Made by a program: the position numbers and the translations under genes | IMG/VR virus record: IMGVR_UViG_3300005512_000126 | Location: 1-36,405 of that record | Origin: a virus | Lineage: Duplodnaviria > Caudoviricetes | Direction: 5' to 3' (one strand) | Length of the DNA stretch: 36,405 bases | In this document: positions 24,022-33,089 of the stretch, piece after piece | How the letters are laid out: every line of letters begins with the position of its first letter | Numbering within the stretch: the first letter of the stretch is position 1 | The notes under the pieces: generated by a model | Databases searched by the model: none | What the model was told of the DNA's origin: nothing | The model's input: the letters and a program-made list of their open reading frames with translations, nothing else

Positions 24022-24654
24022 ATGGTAATGTCTAAGGTAAACATATGCAATCAGGCCCTTGCCGCTATTGGAGAGGCGTCAATACGCGACTTTGATGAAG
24101 GCAACAAGAGGGCTAGAATGTGCGATAGGTTCTATGAGGCCACTAGGGCCTATTTATTGGCCCAGTTTGATTGGCCTTTTGCGCGAAGGCAAAAGGCCTT
24201 AAATAAGCTCGCCGAGCCCCTAGATTGGGTACCAGACGGTGTGTTTACCTATGCTGTACCGGCCGATTGTCATCAGCCTATCGACCTGTGGCCTGAAGGA
24301 AGCCTAACTGAATGGGAAATACGAGGACGAGAATTACATTGTACTCTCGATAGCGAGAAGACCCCGGTAGTTCTAATGTATATCCAGAACGTGACAGACC
24401 CCTCGAAGTTTTCTGCGCAGTTTGTTAACCTTCTAAGCGTCGCTTTAGCAGTTAGAATTTGTCTACCCCTTACGCAGGATAAAGAGCTCACTAAAACTTT
24501 ATTCCAGCAATACACGGTAGAGAAAACCGACGCCTGGGCAACGGATGCAGCTATGGGAAATAGGCATCTGGCCAACAATGAGAATCCCGCGCTAGATAGC
24601 TTCGTCGATGCCGATTTTTCTTTAACGGCTTTCAGAACTGGAGAATATAGCTAA
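24022..24654 (+). CDS. Head-tail adaptor (tail tubular protein A, T7 gp11-like)
   Basis: SKVNICNQALAAIGE..I, A..C..FY...R..LL..FDWPFA, Y.VP.DC, YI..VTD...F...F...L...LA. Confidence 0.88.
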   Translation: MVMSKVNICNQALAAIGEASIRDFDEGNKRARMCDRFYEATRAYLLAQFDWPFARRQKALNKLAEPLDWVPDGVFTYAVPADCHQPIDLWPEGSLTEWEIRGRELHCTLDSEKTPVVLMYIQNVTDPSKFSAQFVNLLSVALAVRICLPLTQDKELTKTLFQQYTVEKTDAWATDAAMGNRHLANNENPALDSFVDADFSLTAFRTGEYS

Positions 24655-26757
24655 ATGGCTATGGGCGGCGTACATAGAATAAAGCATACCTTTACGGCTG
24701 GAGAGCTCAGTGAAAGGCTGGGCGCTCGCCTAGATTTCGATCGTTTTAAGAACGGGTGCAAGAAACTCAGGAACATGACCTGTCAAGTTCAGGGCCCCGT
24801 AACTCGAAGGCCGGGTATGCGATTTTTATATGACCTAAATGAAATTTATTTCGATACGGCTGTGGCCAGGGTAAGGATGATTCCTTTCGTATTTAGCGAA
24901 ACCCTAGCGTATACCCTTATATTTTTTCAAGCCGAATCCGGTGAGATATATATGGTTATTGGTAGCGACGATGGTCTTATCGTCGGTACTGGGGCCACTA
25001 CGAGCTATACGAAAACCTTAAAGCAGCTATACGAGGGCACTGGAGAAGATAATGTCTTTACTTTCCCAGTCGGAGAGACCTATAATAGCTCTATAGTGTC
25101 CCTCATAGATACCGATTCTGTACGTACCGAGTTAGAAGAAACCACCGATTACACGATATCGGTTGTAGACAATTCTATTACTGTAAACGTGTCTAACGTG
25201 CTAGAAGCTGAGTATATCGAAATCGATATATCTCTAACTACCCCGGCTATCCCGATCGGCACTATAGTAGCTTTAGACCTCCCTGTCGGCTTCAATATAG
25301 AAGAGTTCGATTATGCCCAATCGCTAGACGAAGTATATATAGCTCAGCCTAATATGCAGCCCATCGTGATAATTAGAAACTCAGCCGAACACTGGGCCTG
25401 GGCCGATCTTAATTTTAAGTGCTACCCGGACGAATGGCCTGTAGACCCTATAACTCGAGAACCTGACTATACCGCCGCATCTAATTGGCCAGAAACTGTA
25501 ACTTTTCATCAACAGCGCCTTATGTTCGGCGGCAGTACGATGCATCCCCAGACCTCATGGGCTAGCGCGGCGGGCGATTATCTCAATTTCGGAGACTTCG
25601 ACGGCGTCGGCTGCTCTGGGGTGAATGCAGCGGATAGCATAACCTACAGGCTAGACTCAGGCACGATGAATAAGATTAAGTGGATGATATCGGTCAAAGT
25701 ATTGGCAATCGGTACTATCGGTAACGAATGGACCGTACAAGGTGCCGGGCAGGCTTCTATGGCTCCCCAGTCATTGCTAGCGCAGCGACAAACCAATATG
25801 GGCAGCGAGAAAATTAAACCCCTTATGGTTGGACTATCCACCTTATTCGTAGAACGCCATGGCAGAACTATAAACGAGTTTAAGTACGAATACACAACGG
25901 ACTCCTATGAGACTTCAGACCGTTCGGTTCTCGCTACACACTTCACGGACTATTATTCTATTGTGGATTGGACATTCCAACAAATGCCTGACCAAGTTAT
26001 TTGGATGGTAAGAGAAGACGGCGCGTTGCTCGGCTGTACTTACCAGCGAGAGCATAAGGTAGTAGGTTGGCATTTACACGATACGCTGGGAGAATTTAAA
26101 ACCGTATGCTCTATCCCTGGTAAGAGTCGGACCGATGAAGTATGGGCTATAGTCAAACGTGTTGTATCGGGCGAAGATCATTATTTCGTGGAAAAAATGG
26201 AAGATGAATTTACTGGTGTAACAGCGGCAGAAGGCAGATTTCTCGATAGCCATCTAGTACTTTCTCCGACAGGGACCCTGGTTTCAGGCCTCGGCCATTT
26301 AGAAGGCCTTGAAGTAGATATATTGGCCGACGGCACTGTTCACCCTTCTAGGATAGTGGAAAGCGGCCAGATATCCTTGGACAGCGACGGGTATACCGAA
26401 GTTGTGGTAGGCCTTCCATATGTTAGCGAAGTACGACCCTACTTGTCAGACATACCTACGAGTAGCGGGACCAGCTTTGGAAGGATGCAGAGAATTACGG
26501 ACGTAGATATTGACTTCTATAAGACGCTAGGAGGCTATATAGGGAGATACGATAGTGAGGATGGAGACGTCGAAGAAGAGCTAATGTTCAGGGTACCTGC
26601 TGACCCAACCGGCGAGCAGGTTCCGTTATTTAGCGGCATTTATCATTACCCTTTCTTAGAAGGTTTTGATAGGACCGCAGAATATTTCATAAGACAAAAA
26701 CAGCCCCTGCCTATGACCGTACGGGGTGTAGTTGATACCGTGGAGGTAGCCATATAA
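24655..26757 (+). CDS. Tail nozzle (tail tubular protein B, T7 gp12-like)
   Basis: FTAGELS..L..R.D, N.....GPV.RRPG, YAQS.D, WP..V.FHQQRL.FGG, P.T.W.S..GDY.NF, GWH.H, GL.HLEG..V.ILADG, VGLPY, QPLP.TV. Confidence 0.9.
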   Translation: MAMGGVHRIKHTFTAGELSERLGARLDFDRFKNGCKKLRNMTCQVQGPVTRRPGMRFLYDLNEIYFDTAVARVRMIPFVFSETLAYTLIFFQAESGEIYMVIGSDDGLIVGTGATTSYTKTLKQLYEGTGEDNVFTFPVGETYNSSIVSLIDTDSVRTELEETTDYTISVVDNSITVNVSNVLEAEYIEIDISLTTPAIPIGTIVALDLPVGFNIEEFDYAQSLDEVYIAQPNMQPIVIIRNSAEHWAWADLNFKCYPDEWPVDPITREPDYTAASNWPETVTFHQQRLMFGGSTMHPQTSWASAAGDYLNFGDFDGVGCSGVNAADSITYRLDSGTMNKIKWMISVKVLAIGTIGNEWTVQGAGQASMAPQSLLAQRQTNMGSEKIKPLMVGLSTLFVERHGRTINEFKYEYTTDSYETSDRSVLATHFTDYYSIVDWTFQQMPDQVIWMVREDGALLGCTYQREHKVVGWHLHDTLGEFKTVCSIPGKSRTDEVWAIVKRVVSGEDHYFVEKMEDEFTGVTAAEGRFLDSHLVLSPTGTLVSGLGHLEGLEVDILADGTVHPSRIVESGQISLDSDGYTEVVVGLPYVSEVRPYLSDIPTSSGTSFGRMQRITDVDIDFYKTLGGYIGRYDSEDGDVEEELMFRVPADPTGEQVPLFSGIYHYPFLEGFDRTAEYFIRQKQPLPMTVRGVVDTVEVAI

Positions 26758-27653
26758 TGGTCTGGCCTTTAATAGCTATGGCCGCTGTGTCCGCTGTCGG
26801 CTCTGTAGTATCGGCTAACCAAGCTTCAGCTCAAAACGCCGAGCAACAAGCCTGGAATAATTATAACGCCCAAATGGGTTATAATAATAATATGGCCAAT
26901 ATACAGTCGCAAACAATGCTTGGTATATTTAACGCCGCTATGCAAATGAAAGCTGCTAATATGAATGCCTCAGCGGCCTTAGATGTTGCAGCATTTAACG
27001 CACAGCAAGTCGAAGATACCGTAGCGTATAATAATCTGCTCCTAGAAGAAGAGCTCCGACTTCTTTGGGAAGCCGAGGGGCTGGAGCAGGCTAGCCTAGA
27101 GCGTATGCGAGCAAGGGAGCGCGGTGAAATAGTTGCGGCTCAAGCTAGCTCAGGGATAACTATAGGCGAAGGATCGCACCAAGACGTAGTCGTGGCGCAA
27201 AGAAGTCAGGAGGCTATGGATGCCTTCGTGATACGCCATAACGCAGATATAGGAGCCGCTAAAATACATAACGCCATGGCTCAAGGCTCCTGGCAAGGAC
27301 AAATGCAGGTGCAAAAAATAATGTACGAGGGCCAAATGGGGGCCGCTATGTCTCTCAATAACGCAAGGCTAGGAGCCCAGGCGAGCTTAATGGAAACTGC
27401 GATAACTGGTCAAGCTAATACCCGGACTGCAGGATATCAGCTGAGTGCTGGCATATCTGGAGCTACACAGCAGTTTTCGTCTAATCAGGCGCAGATTTCT
27501 AGCAACTTAACCCAAGGGTTATTTAGCGCTGCTTCTAGCGCGGTAGGGTCATACTATGGCGGAAAAACCGTGCCGGTAGGAAGTAGTTCTTCCGGCAGCC
27601 TACTGACTGGGACTTCTACCTATGATCTTGATTACGGGGGCACTCTTAACTAA
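26757..27653 (+). CDS. Internal virion (ejection) protein, T7 gp14-like
   Basis: Hydrophobic N-terminus, A/Q/N-rich helical body, G...A.QASSGI...GS motif; follows the nozzle. Confidence 0.75.
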   Translation: MVWPLIAMAAVSAVGSVVSANQASAQNAEQQAWNNYNAQMGYNNNMANIQSQTMLGIFNAAMQMKAANMNASAALDVAAFNAQQVEDTVAYNNLLLEEELRLLWEAEGLEQASLERMRARERGEIVAAQASSGITIGEGSHQDVVVAQRSQEAMDAFVIRHNADIGAAKIHNAMAQGSWQGQMQVQKIMYEGQMGAAMSLNNARLGAQASLMETAITGQANTRTAGYQLSAGISGATQQFSSNQAQISSNLTQGLFSAASSAVGSYYGGKTVPVGSSSSGSLLTGTSTYDLDYGGTLN

Positions 27654-29440
27654 TGCCAAGCATATCTTTTAACTTAGCGTCGCAGCGTATGAATACGGGC
27701 GGGGCCCCCGGCGGGCTTAGTCCCGTACTCCTTGATGGCTCAATAGGCGCGAATACCAGAGCTCCACGAGTTAATGTTAACGCTGGCAATACCCAATGGA
27801 GTAATATGGCTGTGCCAGAGGTGCGGCCTGATAGAACAATTCAGCAGATAGCTGAAGCTGGCATGAGCATGACCCGCGCAGCTTTAGAGTATCAAGACCG
27901 AGTTGACACGGCTGAGGCAAGCCAGAGGCTCCTGGATTATGAAGACCAATTAATGGCGATAGCGTCAGGGGACCAAGGATATCTGTACACATCTGGCCAG
28001 GAAGCCGTTAATACATATCAGAGTGTCGCAGCAAAAATAAAAGAGCTCGCCGCTTCCGCTATCTCCGGGGCGGGGGACGCCGTTAAAGCCAAGATGCTGC
28101 CGAAATTGCACCAGGTATCTAGCAATTATATATCGAAGAGTGCAGAACATAAAGCTCAGCAGCAGACGGTTTGGGAAAAAAACATCCAGCAAAACAGCCT
28201 CGAGCAAGAGCGTACTAAGATGTTACAGGCCTCTAATGACCCTGCTGAGTTTAATGCTCAGCTAGTCGAGACCTTAGAAAGCGTCGATGTGTTTTACGCG
28301 GCGCAACCCGAATTGGCTGAGAAAACTAAGCGGGCCCTTAAAGAAGACGCCTATCTATCGGCAGCGGCTCAGCAGGCCGATTTGAATAACTTCGCTCTAG
28401 CTGCTGAGTATGTTATGCAAGGCGTAGCAAGTAACGTAGACCCTCAGAAAACTGCAGCTGCTTTAAGCAGGGTCGAAAGCGCGATGCTAGCACATAATTC
28501 TCGAATCTCTACAGCTGCGCGACAGAATGCAGCTGACCATAAAGCTCAAGAAGAAATATATAACCATAACGTCTTACGGTCCGCCATGTCAACAGGGAAT
28601 CGATCTGCTATTGGCAGTATAGTCGACCCAGTTGAGCAGATTAAGTATGAAAAGTTGTTTGATGATTTTGTAAGTGGAAGGCCGTCAGACCCAGGAGCTG
28701 ATATAGCTCTGCAAGCACTAGCTTCTGAATATACACATAACCCTGACGCCGTATTGTTCCAGGAATTACCAGTTTATGTAAGCGCGGCAGATCGACAAGC
28801 CCTTCATACGCGAATGCTTAGCGATCGAAAATTGAATATAACCCAGCAGCGAAAAGAAGCGAATGCATTCGTAACTAACATGATTAGCCTTCCTCCCGGC
28901 TTAGCTAAACCTTCAGCTACGGATCTTGCTTATCAGGACGACGAGGCAATTGCGTATGCGACGATGGAGCGCGCTGTAGCGGACCAAAGAGCCTATTGGT
29001 CTTCTCGGTTCAATCAAGCCTTAGACGACTCGCGTACTAACCCTAAAGAAAATGCAACAACTGCGGTATTACGAGTAAAATCGGAGATGCTTCAGGAGTT
29101 AGAAGCGCAAGGGTTATCTAAACAAAACGTATCTATGGTCAGAATACCTGAAGCTTCTTTAAGGGCTATTCCAGGGCTAAATTTCGGAGGGCTTCTTTCG
29201 ATTACTAAATTGGCTCCTCGTGAACTGGGTGAAGTTGATTTAGATAAAGTCTACAAGTACGCCGAGCTAGACCTCTTAGCTAAGTATGGCTTAGACCCAG
29301 CGAATCCGGCAGAAGTAGCCGCTAAGTTGATGGAAGATTCAGCTATGCGACGGGATATTAAACGCGATAAGTACCAATTGTATCTTCAAAAGCAGTATAT
29401 CCTACAGACTAAACGACAAGGCGCAACTAATGCAGAATAG
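27653..29440 (+). CDS. Internal virion (ejection) protein, gp15-like position
   Basis: 595 aa, MP start, Ala/Gln-rich helical, no Cys; second gene in the ejection cluster. Confidence 0.7.
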   Translation: MPSISFNLASQRMNTGGAPGGLSPVLLDGSIGANTRAPRVNVNAGNTQWSNMAVPEVRPDRTIQQIAEAGMSMTRAALEYQDRVDTAEASQRLLDYEDQLMAIASGDQGYLYTSGQEAVNTYQSVAAKIKELAASAISGAGDAVKAKMLPKLHQVSSNYISKSAEHKAQQQTVWEKNIQQNSLEQERTKMLQASNDPAEFNAQLVETLESVDVFYAAQPELAEKTKRALKEDAYLSAAAQQADLNNFALAAEYVMQGVASNVDPQKTAAALSRVESAMLAHNSRISTAARQNAADHKAQEEIYNHNVLRSAMSTGNRSAIGSIVDPVEQIKYEKLFDDFVSGRPSDPGADIALQALASEYTHNPDAVLFQELPVYVSAADRQALHTRMLSDRKLNITQQRKEANAFVTNMISLPPGLAKPSATDLAYQDDEAIAYATMERAVADQRAYWSSRFNQALDDSRTNPKENATTAVLRVKSEMLQELEAQGLSKQNVSMVRIPEASLRAIPGLNFGGLLSITKLAPRELGEVDLDKVYKYAELDLLAKYGLDPANPAEVAAKLMEDSAMRRDIKRDKYQLYLQKQYILQTKRQGATNAE

Positions 29441-32400
29441 CTTTCAGGCCAAACAAGACATAATTGATTTGCTGGACCCTAGTGGGCCCTTAGGCTTAGA
29501 CTTAACCGGGGCTCTCCAGGCTCAAGTCCAACGCAAGGAAGCTGAAACTCAAGCTGCTATAGAGGCCCAACGAGCTAGTCAAGAGGGCCAGCAAGCCGAG
29601 GCAACCGTAGCGGCAGACAAAGCTATTATGTCCGGAGCCTCGACGCCAGGTCAGCCTTTTGAAGCTATCTCGCCGGCAGAGATTGCGAAGGCCGAATCTG
29701 TACCCGTAATGCCTAGGCCGTCGCTGAACGAAGAAGCTGAGGCGGCTAAAGCCGAGTTCGAATCAGCCGTAGAGGCTGAGAGCCCTGAGCGGGAGTTGCG
29801 AAAGGCCGCTGGAGATGACGCAATACCGCCGGAGGTTGCCTCGCCTACAGAAGCGATAGTACGCCAAAAAGGCGACTGGAAAGATAGTGGTCTGCCTGGG
29901 TCGAACCTATTTGAAACCTCCAAAGACGCCGCAGAATATTTCTTGAGTATCGGGGACGAAATGTCCGCAGCGATAGCATCTGGCCAGAATCCTAAGGGCT
30001 TAGTAGAAACTACGTCTCCCGTGGAGTTTGCAGTTACGGGTATGGGGGCCCTCGGAGCTATGGCGGTTAATCAAGCCCGGCGGGCTACTGGTAAATATCT
30101 TGGAGGCTATGCTACTAAAACCTATGCCCGGTACATGAAATCCTTTGCTGCAGGGTCTCCCGTAGAGTTTGCCGCAACAATAGGGGCTGAGGAAATTGCA
30201 GAAGACCATCCTTTTGTAGGCATAGCCGCCGAAGTTTTGTTCGGAGTAGGCACAGGAGTAGTGGCTGACTTGGCTACTGGGGCTTTCACACCGCGCCTAG
30301 CTGATACCGTCACTGAAGCTGTCGAAGAGGTCGTGAAGGAGAAATTTTCTCGCGCCGAGAAAGACGCCTATTACTCTAGCTATGCGTACCGGACTATGAG
30401 GTACTCAGACCGTGCCGTAATCCCGGAGATGAATTTAACGGCTAAGCAAGTTGATAGCGCCCTAGCGTCTTTAAAGGCAGATGTGGCTAAAGGAGACCTG
30501 CGAGATCCAGATACCCGCGAAGTATATAGCCGAGCAATTGCTAAGGCCCAAGGGGCCGGCATGAGCCCAGAAGCCTCTGGAGCCGCGGCTTCTTTGGAAG
30601 CGAAGATATCAGCTATTGCCGCGGGTTCCCCAGTTAATCCAGACAACCCTGCCGCATCTGCCGCATCTGCCTTAGTTAGCCCAGATATGCCTAGCATACC
30701 AAAGGATAGCGCAGCAGATCGGCTAGATGCACTCGCTCCGAAGTCAGAAGTTATTAGGCCCGCCGAGGCAGTGTCGGAACTCGGGCAGAAAATAAGGGCC
30801 TCGAAATACCGGGCTGTTCGCGATAAAATTAAGGCTAGCTGGTACGGTCCTAAAAATGAAGACTTCACAGAAGATGTTGTAGGCCTGTTTAACGCGCAGC
30901 TTAAAGCTGCACGTGTAGCCGGTACCCCTATATCTGGTAAAGCCGCTAAGCAATTATACGCGGACATAGAAGCTGGGGTTAGACGCCAATATGACGAAGC
31001 TATAGATTCAGAAGCTTGGAAACGCATCCAGCAAATCGAAGCGACTCCCTGGGTATCGCAGTTGAGAGCTGGTTATGTTAGGGGCCTCTCAGGGGCTGAA
31101 GATCGTTATGAAGTAGCTCCAGGTAGTATTATACGCCGGGAACAGCGGGTAGGCGATACTACATCGCCGTACCAGTACAAAGACTGGGATATAACAGACC
31201 ATCTCGTATTTACAAAAGACGGGACTGGCATAGTCTTACAAAGCGATATGCCTAACCAGGTACCTTTGCCCGCGGCCGAAAAAGTTATTCCGCCTAAATT
31301 CGTACCTGCTATAAATTACCCGGCAGCTGTGGACCGGGCCTCGGTTATGAATATGCTGGCCAGTAAGTTTAAATACTGGGGGTCTCCCCAGCGGAAGGTA
31401 TTCCATGGGCGCGGGGTCCGCCCAGACTTTCCCGCGGCAGATAGGCTAAAAGTCGATACCGAGGTATGGGATCAAGCTAGCAATAGCTATATTATGGTTA
31501 AGGCCTTACCAGACTCGGAAATTGAAGCTATTGCTAAGCTATACGGCTGGAATGACAGTAGAGTAACTGGCTACACATATCAGGATTCTGCTCCAAGCCG
31601 AATATCAAGCGACCACGTGGATACTACAGTAAATCTGTTACCTGAAGATGTATTGCGCGGTAAGAATGCGTTCGACGAGATGGAGGTCACAAACCCTGGC
31701 TGGTTTGACAAGCAGAAGAAGTCGGAGGGAGAAAAAGACGCCAAGTTTTATTTAATGAGCGGGGCCTTACAGGCTTATAAAGCGCAGCGAACTGCGTTTT
31801 TAAAGCAGATGTTCGATGTGACTGCTCAGCGCATGGGCGAAGGCGAATCTAACAAGTACTATAACAGCATGGTAGAGCGCATCGCAGTAATGCGGAACGA
31901 TATCCTGAAAGATATTAAGGTGTTAGAAGGCACAAACTACGGCCCTTATGCCAAGCGGACATATCTAGCCTTTGGCGACATGCTGGCTGGCACTAACAGG
32001 CTAGGCCTGACCACGAGGCTTAGTGAAAATCAGGTAAGAACCAAAGCCTTATGGGAATACGAGCAATTTACTCGTAAAGGCCCAACCGACGCGGAGAAGA
32101 TAGATACTGCAATTGCGCAACGTATGGAAGATGCAGGCGAGTCTTACGACGAAGCGGCGGAATTTCTTGCGAACAGCGAAATTTATAGCGACGCCGCCCA
32201 GGCTGGACAAGTTGCAGATATTGCTGGGGTTCCCATGGGCGGTCGAATAATCGATACAAATATCGAGGGGCCTATTTCTAAACCTCGAGAGAGATCAACC
32301 GGCCCAGCGTCATTTGAAGGCATCGGGCGAGTAGTATTAGACTTAGACGATGACGCTTTAAATGCGAAAGTGATATATATCGAAGACCACTTCGGCGTAC

Positions 32401-33089
32401 GGTTCGCGGACGACTTGTGGGATGCCTCTGCGGCTGGCGGGTCCGGGAAGCTAAATATATGGCGTATAAATACCCTGGATGACATTAATGGGTTATTCAT
32501 GAGGTTAGATAAACCTATTACCCAGCAAGTCAAAGGAAAGACTATTACTACTACGATTAAGTCTGCGGCCCCTCTAATAGATATCGGGAGAACCTTTGGG
32601 CTAGAAGCTAGTACCAAGCACTCAGCTGATATGGTACAGCGAATAGCCCTAGTAATGAAGGACGTTGTACAGCAAATGGACCAAACAGCCAAAGGGCTAG
32701 CTTCGAACCCTGCTGACTTACCCGCAGCCGTAGCTTGGGCTAAATTACGGGGTATTTACAACCTGATGGCATCTAGCTTAACAGGTGGTAAAGCCTCTAA
32801 GGCTTCCATAGAAGCCCTAGGAGAAATGAACTTATATGGAAATAGCAACACTGAGCTTCTGGCCAGGGTTATGGAAGTAACTAATAAGGTAATGCCCCTA
32901 GATTCTACCGGCGCGCCAAGCGCCATTGGCTTAGCCGCTAATGCCGAGATGTTTAATGACTTGCATACGCATAAATTGAAGGCGGGGCTGTTAAAACGCT
33001 TCAACGACTTGGAGAGCCCAGGTATGACCAATCTGTATAAAGAGCAGCGCCGCCTGCATACTCTGTTAACCGAGGGCTGTAACAAATGA
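29430..33089 (+). CDS. Large internal virion (ejection) protein, N-terminal part (1219 aa)
   Basis: Ala-rich, with a Gly/Ala hydrophobic segment at about residues 195-290; located between the ejection genes and the tail fibre. Confidence 0.7.
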   Translation: MQNSFQAKQDIIDLLDPSGPLGLDLTGALQAQVQRKEAETQAAIEAQRASQEGQQAEATVAADKAIMSGASTPGQPFEAISPAEIAKAESVPVMPRPSLNEEAEAAKAEFESAVEAESPERELRKAAGDDAIPPEVASPTEAIVRQKGDWKDSGLPGSNLFETSKDAAEYFLSIGDEMSAAIASGQNPKGLVETTSPVEFAVTGMGALGAMAVNQARRATGKYLGGYATKTYARYMKSFAAGSPVEFAATIGAEEIAEDHPFVGIAAEVLFGVGTGVVADLATGAFTPRLADTVTEAVEEVVKEKFSRAEKDAYYSSYAYRTMRYSDRAVIPEMNLTAKQVDSALASLKADVAKGDLRDPDTREVYSRAIAKAQGAGMSPEASGAAASLEAKISAIAAGSPVNPDNPAASAASALVSPDMPSIPKDSAADRLDALAPKSEVIRPAEAVSELGQKIRASKYRAVRDKIKASWYGPKNEDFTEDVVGLFNAQLKAARVAGTPISGKAAKQLYADIEAGVRRQYDEAIDSEAWKRIQQIEATPWVSQLRAGYVRGLSGAEDRYEVAPGSIIRREQRVGDTTSPYQYKDWDITDHLVFTKDGTGIVLQSDMPNQVPLPAAEKVIPPKFVPAINYPAAVDRASVMNMLASKFKYWGSPQRKVFHGRGVRPDFPAADRLKVDTEVWDQASNSYIMVKALPDSEIEAIAKLYGWNDSRVTGYTYQDSAPSRISSDHVDTTVNLLPEDVLRGKNAFDEMEVTNPGWFDKQKKSEGEKDAKFYLMSGALQAYKAQRTAFLKQMFDVTAQRMGEGESNKYYNSMVERIAVMRNDILKDIKVLEGTNYGPYAKRTYLAFGDMLAGTNRLGLTTRLSENQVRTKALWEYEQFTRKGPTDAEKIDTAIAQRMEDAGESYDEAAEFLANSEIYSDAAQAGQVADIAGVPMGGRIIDTNIEGPISKPRERSTGPASFEGIGRVVLDLDDDALNAKVIYIEDHFGVRFADDLWDASAAGGSGKLNIWRINTLDDINGLFMRLDKPITQQVKGKTITTTIKSAAPLIDIGRTFGLEASTKHSADMVQRIALVMKDVVQQMDQTAKGLASNPADLPAAVAWAKLRGIYNLMASSLTGGKASKASIEALGEMNLYGNSNTELLARVMEVTNKVMPLDSTGAPSAIGLAANAEMFNDLHTHKLKAGLLKRFNDLESPGMTNLYKEQRRLHTLLTEGCNK

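Noticed and set aside
31380-31440. ADP-ribosyltransferase domain in the large ejection protein (VFHG motif)
   Set aside because: Only a 4-residue resemblance, with no recognisable downstream ART motifs; an HMM search would be needed.
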